From Octopus sinensis (lineage: Eukaryota), in the NCBI RefSeq assembly GCF_006345805.1, contig NC_043001.1:90396001-90460000 (forward strand): a stretch of DNA of 64,000 bases, given 5' to 3'. Both the position numbers and the translations under genes were made by a program. Below are positions 13,500 to 25,679 of the stretch, piece after piece (position 1 is the first letter of the stretch; the number at the start of each line of letters is the position of its first letter). A model generated the notes under the pieces. That model did not search any database and was not told where the DNA came from. It saw nothing but the letters and a program-made list of their open reading frames with translations.

Positions 13500-13830
13500 T
13501 CTTTGTGGGGTGGGGATCAATTACATCGACTCCAGTTATTGGTTGGTAGATGAAAGGCAAAGATGACTTGGTGGGGAATTTGAACTCAGAACGTCATGAG
13601 CCACAACAAACAATGCACAGGGTTTTGCCTTTGAGTGCAAAACCGACAATTTTCAAGGAAGAGTTAGTCGATAAGGTCAACTCCATTACGAGACTAGTAC
13701 TATATTTTATTGACCTTGAAACGATGAATGACAAAGTTGACCTAGGCGGGATTGAACGCAGAACATAAAGAGCGAGAACAAATACCGCAAAGTATATTTT
13801 TCATCGCTCTATCGACTTCGCCATTTCACC
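13500..13830 (-). mobile_element. SINE family B, diverged (two monomers)
   Basis: GATGAAAGGCAAAG..GAC...GGAATTTGAACTCAGAACGT, followed by a second similar block. Confidence 0.7.
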
Positions 13831-14168
13831 ATATATGTATAATTTAAAGATTAATGACTCGATCTTCAACACAAGTTTTCTGAAATGGTTTTCAAGGACT
13901 TTATTCTCCAGCGAATCTAAATATATATTCTTTGTTTATTACATTGCTTTGCATGTTTCAGTTACTGGACTGTGGCAGTGTTTGAACAAACTGTATAATT
14001 AGTTACGCATTTGTGTATATTTCTTCGAGCGTATGAAATTAGTGAAGGTATTTTCTAGTGAGTGGCTTTAATGGTTGTAAAAAACTATTTCTAGTGAACC
14101 AGAGACAAGTGTTATTTCCATATAATATTCGGCTTGTTTTTCTGCATTTGCCTATGCATACTACATAG

Positions 14169-14209
<41 letters not shown>

Positions 14210-14211
14210 GT

Positions 14212-14386
14212 AGGTGCAGATGTCACTGTGTGGTAAGAAACTTGCTTCCCAACCATGTGGTCTTGGGGTCAGTCCCACTGCGCGGCACCTTGTGCAAGTG
14301 TCTTCCAGGACTATGGCCCTGGTCCAACTAAGGGATTGTGGATATGGTACGTGAGAATGTGTGTGTGTGTGTGTGTATGTGTGTCT

Positions 14387-14449
<63 letters not shown>

Positions 14450-14655
14450 CGTGGCTGTGTGATTGGACCCCAACCACCGCTTGATACCTAGTGTTGGCTT
14501 GTTTGCATACCCGTAACTTAGCTTAGCCTACAGCAAAAGTTAGCCGACAGACCAAGAACCAGGCTTAAGAATAAGTATTGTGGTCGATTTGTTCGGCTAA
14601 AACTTTAAAGAAAGTTCCTTTGCATGGCCACAGTACACAGACTGAAACAAGTCAG
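14212..14655 (+). mobile_element. SINE family A with internal (TG)n expansion
   Basis: Head, body and tail match the copy at 10473. Confidence 0.88.
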
Positions 14656-15456
14656 ATGTATCTGTTTTCCTTCCATTTCCTCTTTATCAATTTACTTTTC
14701 ACGTCAAGATCCCTGTGATTTTTTGCAACTGGCACGGACTTTTTACAACCGTTCACGCGCAATCACATACAGACATAAAAACAGGCATGCATGCACGCAC
14801 GCACACAAACACACACGCACACACACACACACATTCACGCACACGCGCGTGCCTGCTCGCTTGTGCTCGTGTATACACTCACATATCTGGATACCTGAGT
14901 CTGTGTGTATGCGAACATGCGTGCGAATTTGCACGATTATGTGTTTGTTACTCGATTATATTCGTGTAGAGATATTTATGTATCCCGAGAAAAATGGGTT
15001 ACACATAAAATATCATTAACTGATACCAGGAATTACATAATTTAGAATTCATATGCACTCATAGGCACAAATATCCTACCATCTCTCTATCCATCCACCT
15101 ATCCATCCATATAAACATACATATATGGTTTAATTTGCTATTAGCCACTTTAATAACTTGTAATTTTCACATTACAATTCTACTGAATCACCAACTGATT
15201 CTAATGGTATTTTCTATAAACTGACAAGGCGAGTTAGCTTAACCCTAGGCCACGAAGTAGCGTCAAAGATGGGGGATATCCGAAATTACAGATCTGACAA
15301 TCTCGCTTGCTGTATAGAGATTGTCTCCCTTGTCAGTCAATAGATACTACTTTGCCCGTGGCTAAGAACTGTTTTAACTCTTATTTCTAGCAATACTGGT
15401 GCTGACATACATCCTTTGTCACCTTAGTGACGATTGCACACACACATATATATATA

Positions 15457-15890
15457 TTATATTAAATTAGAGATAAAACCACTATTAGGCAAATCATACA
15501 ATGAAAAACTTAAGCCAATACATAAGATTATTTAATTTATATTATTTAAATATATAACAAAATTATTAAAAAAATATAATTAATATAACCTCGCCAAGTT
15601 AAATATTTAAACCACCTGATGAATGACTGTAACTCGAAAATTTAAAGAAATTAACAACCGATCGTAGTGTTATATTAATTATATTTTTTTAATAATTTTG
15701 TTATATATTTAAATAATATAAATTAAATAATCTTATGTATTGGCTTAAGTTTTTCATTGTATGATTTGCATAATAGTGGTTTTATCTCTAATTTAATATA
15801 ATATAATATTTTACTATAAAATTGGATTCAATCCTAAATCTGATTTTTCCCTGTAAGTTTGGATTTATTCCCTAATATTTATTATTAATT
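15457..15890 (+). mobile_element. Fold-back element with HHR-like loop
   Basis: About 132-bp arms (15457-15589 / 15669-15800). The loop contains CAC-CTGATGA...CCGATCG-TA-GTG. Unpaired tail to 15890. Confidence 0.8.
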
Positions 15891-15984
15891 TATATATATA
15901 TATATATAGACACACTCACTCACACACACAGACACACACGGACACGGACACACACGCATATATTTATATATATATATATATGTT

Positions 15985-16310
15985 TTATTCTTTTGACTTG
16001 TTTCAGTTATTCGTCTGTGGCCATACTGGGGCACCGCCTTGAGGAGGTTCGAACAGGTCGACCGCAGTAATTGCTCTTTTTAAAATTGGTATTTATCTTA
16101 CTGGCCTCTTAAATTACTAAGACGTAACCAACACTGGTTGTTAAGCAGTGGACAGGAGACAAGCTCATCAGAAATACAAGAACACACAGGTAGATATCTA
16201 CGACGGCTTCTTACAGTTTCCGTTCACCAGATGCCGTGGTGTGAGACTGAATCCAAGACTAGATAGTTGGGAAGCAAGTTTCTTCCTCATACTGCCACAT
16301 CAGCGCTTAT
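15985..16310 (-). mobile_element. SINE family A, diverged
   Basis: TTGTTTCAGTTATTCG.CTGTGGCCATACTGGGGCACCGCCTT is the reverse complement of the family A tail. Confidence 0.75.
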
Positions 16311-16321
16311 TGCTATATATA

Positions 16322-16715
16322 GGCGCAGGATTGTCTGCGGTATGAAGCTTGCTTCCCAACCACACAGTTCCGGGTTCAGTCCCACTGCGGGGCACCTTGG
16401 GCGAGTGTCTTCTACTATAGCCTCGGGCCGACCAAAGACCTGTGAATGGATTTAGTAGATAGAAACTGAAAGAAGCCCGTCGTATATGTGTGTGTGTGTG
16501 TTGTGTGCATGTGCATTTGTGTGTCAGTGTTTGTTCCCCACCATCGCTTGACAACCGATGTTGGTGTGTTTACGTCCCCGTAACTTAGCGGTTCGACAAA
16601 AGAGGCCTATAGAATAAGTACTAGGTTTACAAAGAATAAGTTCTGGGGTTGATTTGTTCGACTAAAGGACTAAAGGCGGTGCTGAAACAAGTAAAAGAAT
16701 AAAAGAATAGAAGAA
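16322..16715 (+). mobile_element. SINE family A
   Basis: Full match to the copy at 10473. Confidence 0.93.
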
Positions 16716-16721
16716 TATATA

Positions 16722-17233
16722 TCTATATATATAAAACTGTAGTTGTGTGAGTGTCTGTCCCCTTCGATTTAGATTCCTAACTCCTCCCACATTTTGCGGT
16801 GCAGTTTAACCAAATTCGGGTATCTTATAGTCGTGATTAATATCGAGCCCGTCTGAGTATTAGCGCGCGTCTACGATGAGTCTACGATTTTAAAAATAAT
16901 TTAACATCATTTTTTATTCCATTTTGATGCATAATTTTTCGTGTGTCGATGGCGGCGGAGTTGGCGTCCATGGTCACACCTGCACCTGTTTGCTTCTCCC
17001 CCTTCTTCCCTCCTTCGTGAAGCTGTGGGGAAGGGAGTGTAAGGAAATCAACGTCGTAAAGCGTTGTCAAGGAGACCAGCGTTCTTTTAGAACAACGACT
17101 TCATGGCTTGAAGACACCAAAACAGAAATGGCTAAGAAAGCCCGAATCGGCATCTATAAGGGAAGTAACTCTCTAAAAATGCTTATATATTATTTCCCTT
17201 ACAAACCCGAGCAACGCCGGGCGATACTGCTAG
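16722..17233 (+). mobile_element. Non-autonomous Helitron
   Basis: A|TCTATATATATAAAA 5' end, subterminal hairpin CCCGAGCAACGCCGGG, and CTAG|T 3' end. Confidence 0.85.
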
Positions 17234-17237
17234 TATC

Positions 17238-17272
<35 letters not shown>

Positions 17273-17277
17273 TATAC

Positions 17278-17308
<31 letters not shown>

Positions 17309-17341
17309 ATATATATACATACATAACACAGATGTTTTGCG

Positions 17342-17415
17342 TTTCACTGCAGCTGTTTCATGCGTAATGAACAAATATGTTACATCATACAAAAAACCGT
17401 TTTCTTAAGGTGAAA
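17342..17415 (-). ncRNA. Degenerate HHR motif with long stem II region
   Basis: UUUCAC-CUUAAGA...GAAA-CAGCUG-CA-GUGAAA: perfect 6-bp stem I, two core substitutions. Confidence 0.55.
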
Positions 17416-18059
17416 AGAGAAAATTAACACTTAGAATTTCTCACAAAATAGAACATAGTGTAGGAACGACCCACACAACCGGGTTACAGCTGATTGGTGG
17501 ACTTTGAAGCAGAGATATTATCCATGGCTTAAGAAGGTTACATTCTCGCCAGCTAGACGTTATCAGAGCACCCGTTTATCAGGAGTTTATCAACAGTAAC
17601 ACCGTCTAGTAGATGAGGCCGCAGCCGAAGCAATGGATTTTGCTACTAAACATGTTAAAGATGACATTAGGTTACACTACGTGATGAGAAGATGGCTTTT
17701 TATATCAGGCAAAATCCAGAGGTAACGTGTGAGCCGGTAGAAGCGCTTGCTGAACAAGTCATGTGTCACAGGAAACTCGTCATGCTTTGATATTTCCGTG
17801 AAAGGGATCTTCGGCCACGACTAGAAGGAATAACGATAACTATGCATGAAAACTAGAGGGATACTCATGGCGATGCATATCAAATTCCTATCGCCTCTGA
17901 TGGCCACAGAGGTTGTGAGCAACGACGGATGTGTTATACTGCCGCACCACTTCCGCAGTGTTTCAGGATCAATACCATAACTTGTGCTGATTTGCTATAC
18001 ACAAGCTGAATCAATGGAGTTACCCAGCTTCTTAGAACACGTGCATTTCAGTGGATATG

Positions 18060-18355
18060 GAACTGGGATCACAATCGTACGGTCGTGAGTTCGATTCCCG
18101 GTGGCGCGTTGTCCTTGAACAAAACACTTTATTTCACGCTGTTCCAGTCCACTCAGCTGGTAAAAACGAGTAGTAACTGCATTTCAAAGAGCCAGCCTTG
18201 CCACATTTTGTGTCACGCTGAATCTCCCTGAGAACTACGTTAAGGGAACGCATGTCTGTGGAGTGCTCAGCCACTTGCACGGTAATTTCACGAGCAGGCT
18301 GTTCCGTTGATCGGATCAATTGGAACCACAGTTGTCGTAACCGATGGAGTGCTAC
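18060..18355 (+). mobile_element. SINE family D (CORE-like central block)
   Basis: B box GAGTTCGATTCC, then TTGTCCTTGAACAAAACACTTTATTTCACG. Confidence 0.85.
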
Positions 18356-18704
18356 TCTATCTCGTATATAGCCCTAGCAACCTAGAAATGGGTGACCGAA
18401 ATTTTCACGATAATGTCACCCACAACATATTCTCCAAGCTCTCCTCATAGTGAGATGTAATACATAGAGATTCAACTGCCCCACAGTGTCAAATGTCCGT
18501 TGGCATCAGCGTCAGCCAATCGATTCTGTCATGCACTGTACACGTGATCCATGGGTGCCGTCATTAGGACTGAAGTGATTTCGTTGAATAACTTCTTTTC
18601 TTATATCTATCTAAAGGAACGTGAGTGACGTTTTACCGTTCCGATATTTCTTCTGTTTGGAATTAATTTTGTTTTTCCCAACGGAACCTAAATTTAGACA
18701 CGCA

Positions 18705-18802
18705 TATATGTATGTATGTATGTATGATATGTATGTATGTATGTATGTAGTTGTATGATGTGTATGTATGTATGTATGTATACACATGCATATGCATATA
18801 TG

Positions 18803-18851
<49 letters not shown>

Positions 18852-18873
18852 ATAATATATGTATATATATAAT

Positions 18874-18918
<45 letters not shown>

Positions 18919-18965
18919 CCATTTATATATATATATCAATATGCACTTTTTTATTCATACATACA

Positions 18966-19049
<84 letters not shown>

Positions 19050-19094
19050 CTATGATGTGTAGGTGTGTAGGTATGTATATGTATATATATGTAT

Positions 19095-19138
<44 letters not shown>

Positions 19139-19185
19139 ATATATAATATATATGTATGTATGTACATGTGTATAATATATATATA
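18705..19185. repeat. (TATG)n/(TA)n tract
   Basis: Directly visible. Confidence 0.95.
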
Positions 19186-19188
19186 ATT

Positions 19189-19425
19189 ACACCTATAGAT
19201 ATATAGAAATATGTCTAAAAATATTTATTTATAGAGATATGTCTATATATGTACATGCGTAATATATGATACATATATATATAATACACCTATAGATATA
19301 TAGAAATATGTCTACAAATATATTTATTTATAGAGATATGTCTATATATGTACATGCGTAATATATGTATACATATATATATAATACACCTACAGACATA
19401 TAAGAAATATGTCTACAAATATATA
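19189..19425. repeat. ~98-bp tandem repeat, about 2.4 copies
   Basis: ACACCTATAGATATATAGAAATATGTCTA recurs at about 19189, 19286 and 19385. Confidence 0.9.
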
Positions 19426-20089
19426 TATATATATATGTTGCTGTTGTTGTTGTTGTTGTTCCTCTTTTTCTATTGCCACTGTGATACTTCTAGTATGGAT
19501 TCCTAACTTCTATGTTTCCAATACATTGGTTTCCCCACCACACACACTCACACACCCATACCCAACCTCTTCCTTACCTCTATATAACAGTATTGCAATC
19601 GAACAATTCACTTACAGCAGTTTGTGACCACAATGAGGGGAAATTTTTTCCAATAGATGGCATCAACGCGTTTTCATAAATGAATCTCTCTCAGCTTCCT
19701 TACCAAATCCGTAGCCATGGTGATTCCTTTCTCTCTTTCCATTCAACTGATGATGTAGTTGTGACGTCATTCGACGGTATTTTTCTCACTCTATATTGTC
19801 TATCGTTTTCGTTTGCTTGTTTTCCATTTTTTACATAAACAAAAGAATCCTGCACAAATACACACATTCACATGTACACATACATACTTACACACACACA
19901 CACACACACATGTTTATATGCATATATATATATATATAATATATATATATATATATGTTATCTATTCTCTATTCACACAGTGAGCATTTACAAACACATA
20001 CACATATATGTGTGCATATATACATACATTCATGCATACATACATAATATATATACATACATAATATATATATATATACATATATATAT

Positions 20090-20129
<40 letters not shown>

Positions 20130-21059
20130 ATATTATATATATATATATATAATATATATATATATTATATATACATATATATATATTACATATACATATA
20201 TATACATATACATATATATATATTATATATATATATTATATATATTATAATATATATATATATATAATATTATATATATATATATATATATGTATGTATA
20301 TATATATATTCATTATATATCATGTAATATAATATTAGCTGCCTATTCAGGCGGTTATATTTATATTTTGCTGGAAATAAATCTGTTACTGTTCTTATCT
20401 AAATTAATCTGAACCGAGAAACACCTATACTTTGCAGATAAAGGATGTTCCCCTTCACCTTACCTAGTGGAATACTCCGTGCTACTATCTGACGTCATTA
20501 TCATGACGTCAGAGAAAACTACCTCGGCCTCTACCTACGTCAAAATCTTTGCATTATTTAAGCTATTTTCGATATCACTCGCAAAAATTTAGCACTGTTT
20601 TACAACATTCGTTTAAAAAAAGAAGCGAATTCTCGTAAATGTATGAAAAATATAACATTGAAGCAATATATTCACGATCATCGGAAATTTTAAAAAAACA
20701 GATAATCTTATATTTCTTAATTATTATCTTCTGACTCATAAAGCAGTTTTCTTGTGGATGAGCTCAGCGTTCCATTTTATTGAGAAATGTTTTTTTAAAT
20801 AAAAGTAAATATAATTATAAAAGTAAAGAAAGACTATTTTAATTAAACAGAATCCAATTTTGCGCAGGGGTTTATTATCAGTATTTTTTACATTGCCCAC
20901 CGAGTATGTACCTCTTTTTAGATATTTGATTGTATTAGTTCCCCTATGTTTAATTAATAAAGAAGGCAATGACATTTATTACGAAATATATTAGAATTTA
21001 GTGCATCAGAATTGCTTCTATTCACCGATAGTTGTTACGAATTGAGACCAATAATTTTT

Positions 21060-21255
21060 AGACAATGGAGATAATCGATACCAATGACTCCAGGACTTGC
21101 ATGGTGCTTCATTTTATCAATACTGAGGGTGTGAAAAACAAAGTTGACCTCAGCGGGATTTATACTCAGAACGTAATAAAAACAAAAGAGAACAAATATC
21201 TTACAAGGCGTTTCTGCGACGATCTAAAGATTCTGCATTTTCGTCACCTGCTCAC
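21060..21255 (-). mobile_element. SINE family B, diverged
   Basis: AAAGTTGACCTCAGCGGGATTTATACTCAGAACGT. Confidence 0.65.
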
Positions 21256-21313
21256 TGATAATGTCATACTCATACTATAATCCCCCAAAAGTCGAGATTT
21301 TTTGTTTTTTATG

Positions 21314-21431
21314 AAAACGTATTTAAATACAATTTCCAAAATATATTTGAACTATTCCTCTGAACTTAGTTTTTTACGAAAATATATTTAAATACAACTT
21401 TCAAAATATATTTGAACTATTTCTCTGAACC
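21314..21431. repeat. Two ~52-bp direct repeats
   Basis: TATTTAAATACAA.TT.CAAAATATATTTGAACTATT occurs twice, about 65 bp apart. Confidence 0.85.
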
Positions 21432-21829
21432 TCAGAACTATTTCGTCTAAACTCTGGTTTAGAAGAAAGGAATGATTTACCAATTGGAAAGAACGAAAAC
21501 GGACCTTAATCACCTGCTCGTTATGGATTAAACCGTTTGCCAAATCAGAAAAAACAGATCAGCTTATGGGAACAAAGTTTTTGTGTGTTATGAACGAACA
21601 TAGAGATGGAAAGGGACGTTACGAAGTGGGCGACGGTCACTATGCACATGGAGAAACGAAAGAATAGTGGTACAATATACATTCGGGGGAATTTGAAGTC
21701 AGAACTTAAAGAGCAAGCTTGGGGGATGTCACTAGCTTTGGGAAAGTTACTTAGATTTAAGGCCTAAGTCTGTCATGAGCCCTTGAACTCATAAAGCTGG
21801 AACTTAACCCATATTCCATGGCGGGTAAA

Positions 21830-22032
21830 TGACTGAGATTGCAACACTCTCCACAGAATGGAACACAAGTTTGTCGCAGAATTAACTTTTTCCCAGCAAT
21901 TGCTAAAACTCATTTTCCGCAGATCGGAGTGGAGCAACGTGAAAAATAGTAATTTGCTCAAGAACACAACGCACCGTCTGGTCTGAAAATAGAAACTACA
22001 ACGAGCGCAACCCTCTAACCATTAGACCATGC
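21830..22032 (-). mobile_element. SINE family D, diverged
   Basis: GGAGCAACGTGAAA...TTGCTCAAGAACACAACGCAC..CTAACCATTAGACCATGC. Confidence 0.75.
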
Positions 22033-23082
22033 ATTAGAAAAAAACATCCGATTTGTTTATATATTTATGATACCGTTCTCTCGACTGAAGACTAGGAAAA
22101 CAATTGCTACTGCTGTTAAGGATTGCTCACTTGCCCCTCAACAGCAGATATGAAAATGAGAAACAGCAAGTATGGCGGGTTGTGGGTAAAACAACGAAAA
22201 GCTGGAAAACAAATCGAGGCATGATGTGGTGGTTTCTAGGATGAGGTGAATGTATGGTGAGAGAACTGCACCAGTACTAGGCTGGTACTCATTTTCATCT
22301 GGGTAGATTGGAGCAATGTGTAATGATAAAATACACTGCCCGGTTCAGTAATTGAGCCCACGACATTATGATCGTAATTAGAACCACTAGGCCAACATCA
22401 AACAGATGAAAAGCAAATATTACAGATAACACAGATTGAAACTATCATCTCTTAAAAGAGAAGACTGATTTCTGAAATCTATTTCAGAAGATTGATTTCT
22501 GAAGTCTAAAGAGAAGATTGATTTCTGACAAAGGTGGATGAGAGACCGAATCTAACTCTTTATATTACGTGTAGTCAGTGATGTCATTAGCGAAGAAGAA
22601 AGCCCCTCTCCTATCATAATTTCATTAGAGAAAAGATTAAGGTTTTGTCCCTTACATAAGAGTTTCTCACTTCTTTTCAAATGAATGTTATAAAGGTTAG
22701 TATAATTTGTGTTATCGTGCGTTTCAGAACTGGTTGTCTGCTACCGTCTCATTGCCGTATATGACTTTGTCTTTCTCATATGAGTTCTTTGGTTTAGCAA
22801 GGTATATAAATATACTCTTCCTGAAGAGTATATAGTCTTCAAATATATAATATTTAATTTTTTTTAATTCAGATTATGCAATAGAAGCAGTTTCATAATG
22901 TAAACATTACCGATACCACATACTTAGCGTATGCGTGTTGTTTAAAAGCTAAACGTCTTTAAAATGATTTTCCCGGGCGATAAATTGTAACTCTTAGCGT
23001 ATAAACAAAATATGCATGTTAAATATTACGGGTTCGGAAATGTTCAACTTTCTAAGTTGGAAATTCTAATACTATGATAAGT

Positions 23083-23220
23083 CGCGTAGCCAAGTGGTCA
23101 GTGTGTTCGGTTCACGACTATAATATTCAGGGTTCAATTCATGCACAAAGTAGTACATTGAGTCCTGAAGCAAGGCATTTCATATCATGTTTCTCCATTG
23201 TACCCAGTTGAAAATAAGTT
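23083..23220 (+). mobile_element. SINE family D head, diverged
   Basis: GCGTAGCCAAGTGG (A box) and GGGTTCAATTC (B box). Confidence 0.6.
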
Positions 23221-23640
23221 TCACCTTAGCACTGGTGCAGCCTCCCTCCATGTCTCGTTCGCATATCCTGGATATGCCACTGGATCAAAGAGTGGCAGAG
23301 TCGAGATGATGTTTACATCTGCTCGTAACTACATAGGCATGTAAAACAATTTGCGAAACTATGGTGAAGGCCGGTTCTTTTATGTAATAGCATTAGAATT
23401 TTCTTGAGCTTATTGATGCGTTACTATAAGCCCAAATGTATATAGTTACTTTATCTATGCTATATGAATTATGCTATATATCATGACATTAAATTATACT
23501 GGTTAAAATCTGTTGCTGCGCTGCCGGATAAAAATATTTCCAAAACATGCACATACCTTCATAAATGTGCAAATAATATTTAGATTGTCTTTTGGTGAAC
23601 ATTAGTAATAGAATATAAGATAAAACAAATAAGATCATGC

Positions 23641-23691
<51 letters not shown>

Positions 23692-23914
23692 TGTTGTGTG
23701 CGTGTGTTTGTGTGTATTATGTATGGGTGGTGTTACATATATATATATAAGTAGTTGTATACTGTCAACTTAATGTGACTGTCCCATGAAGGGAATAATA
23801 CTACTGCTATTTAGCCCTAGGAAGCAGCAATGCTTCCTGTCGGCCTTGACACATTTCTTGTGTTCTTATGTTTGCTAGGGGAGATAAGCACCTCCATCCA
23901 GCTAAGCCTGCATT

Positions 23915-23953
23915 CAGAGACTAGTTTCTGAGTCTTTGCTCGTCATCAGTCTG
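23915..23953 (-). ncRNA. Minimal type I hammerhead ribozyme, canonical core
   Basis: CAGA-CUGAUGA-C-GAG(caaaga)CUC-A-GAAA-CUAG-UC-UCUG; lies in a pLTR-like block at about 23750-23965. Confidence 0.8.
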
Positions 23954-23965
23954 GAGTAGCATGGC

Positions 23966-25670
23966 CTTATTTCTTTATTATAGGCACAATGGCCTGATTA
24001 TATAGAGAGGACAATACAAAATATATGCGGGGACACAAAACGAATGAAAAAATGAAAATGAACTGAATATAAACAGGATGTAAATGAGACAGCCATCTCG
24101 CCCCGCTGCGAGACGGACTGTGATTATCTCTTCATAGAACTTACTTTCTTAAACTAACAAAAAAAAAAAACATTTCAAAAAACATTGCTTTTTACATCTA
24201 TCCTAGCTGCGCTACAATGCCAAACTGCGTCCTTTTCTTTCATTTTTTGTTCTACAGACCGTATATGTCCTTTTACGAATTACAATTTTTCTTTCTTTTT
24301 TTTCACAATGTAATTGTATGTTCATCAATTTTTCATTATTACAATTTATTATGTTCATTTTTCTTTTTTCCTTCGTAATTTTTCTACATTTTCCTATTTA
24401 CCTTTTTCATCCTTTCACGTTATGTTTCTCTCCGTTTTTTGTTTTCCTCAATGCTTTTTCCTTCCTTTACCTCCTCACCGTTCTGGTTCTTCTCTCCACT
24501 GCAACTCCACATTCTGCACTCTCTCATATTCCGGTTCATCTGTATTTCTGTTTGACTATACTTGTTCATTCTCTCTTTGCGTATCTCTGCTGTATCTCTC
24601 ATGGTCCCTCTGTTTCGCCTCCTCGTCGCTTTGTGTCTCTATTTCATCTTCCGCCATCTCTGTTGGTAGCTCTTCCATAACTTTAGGTTCGCTTTGTGTT
24701 TCCTCTTCCTGGTTTTTGCTTCTTTTTATTTCTGTTTATTTCTGTTATTATTGGAGATTTTTCCTTTCCCGTTTTCTACTTTTTATTTCATCTGTTTTTT
24801 CCTTCTCCGCACGTTCCTCTGTCCATTGTCTTTGTTATTCCATAACACTTTCCATTACTTCCTTTGTCACTTCCTCGACTGGTTTACAGTCTTTAATTTT
24901 ATGGCCTCTCAGACCACACCTATAACATCTGGGTAGTCTACCTGTCATAATTATGTCTAATCTATCTCCTGTTCGTAACTCTATTATTTCTGGGACTTCT
25001 TTGTAATATTGTGGCGTTACGACTTCGATTATTTCAATGTCGTATCCCCAGAAATTCTTGCATTCGGTTTTGCTGACTAGTTGTATTTCCAAATCAAGGC
25101 TACCTTTTCATAGCTTTTCTCCAAAAATGGCCACTATCACCCATTCGGGCTTTATCGTTAGGGGCGGACTTCACACTCTGACTCCCGGCGCACTGGGTAA
25201 TAGTGACCATTTTCTGCCTTCTGTTACTTGTTTGCTGTTAGTTACCGCATCGTCTTCTTTCTCAAAAGTTACCTCTACAGTTCCGTATTTTTTTCCTTTG
25301 TTTATGAACACAATTTTCTTCTTTATACTGCTCAAAATTAGTGTCTCAATCCCATTTTCTGGTAGTCTCTCTATCCATCTGTTTTCATTTGAAAAGGTTC
25401 GAAATTTAACTGTTCTTTCTATTTTCTTCTCTTCTTCTGGCATAACCAATTTGCTGTACTTTCTGAACTTCTTTATATCCCACTCTATCTGCTGATGCTT
25501 CAGTCTTCCTCCGTTCATTGCTTCCTGCGTTTCTGCAACCTCCGCATACGTTTTCACGTCATCCTTTCTCGTTCCGCCCAACATGACGGTCTCGCATCTA
25601 TCGGTCTCACTTCTCAGAAACAAAACTCAAAAGAGCTCTGGAGTAGCAAAGAGGCACGACAAGCGGGAGC
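23966..25670 (-). mobile_element. ORF1-only non-LTR element (RRM-like + CCHC knuckle), copy 1
   Basis: Frameshifted ORF pieces 25171-25623 (KYGTVEVTF) and 24835-25092 (CYRCGLRGHKIKDC), then a charged tail and a 3' end ...AATAAAGAAATAA. No ORF2. Confidence 0.75.
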
Positions 25671-25679
25671 ATAAAACAA

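Noticed and set aside
22461-22528. Three GAAGA(C/T)TGATTTCTGA repeats with short spacers (CRISPR-like look)
   Set aside because: About 26-bp period with related ~11-bp spacers, in eukaryotic context with no cas genes; a simple minisatellite.
24314-24925. 203-aa hydrophobic plus-strand ORF (longest in the window)
   Set aside because: It is the antisense shadow of the purine-rich charged tail of the minus-strand ORF1-like element.
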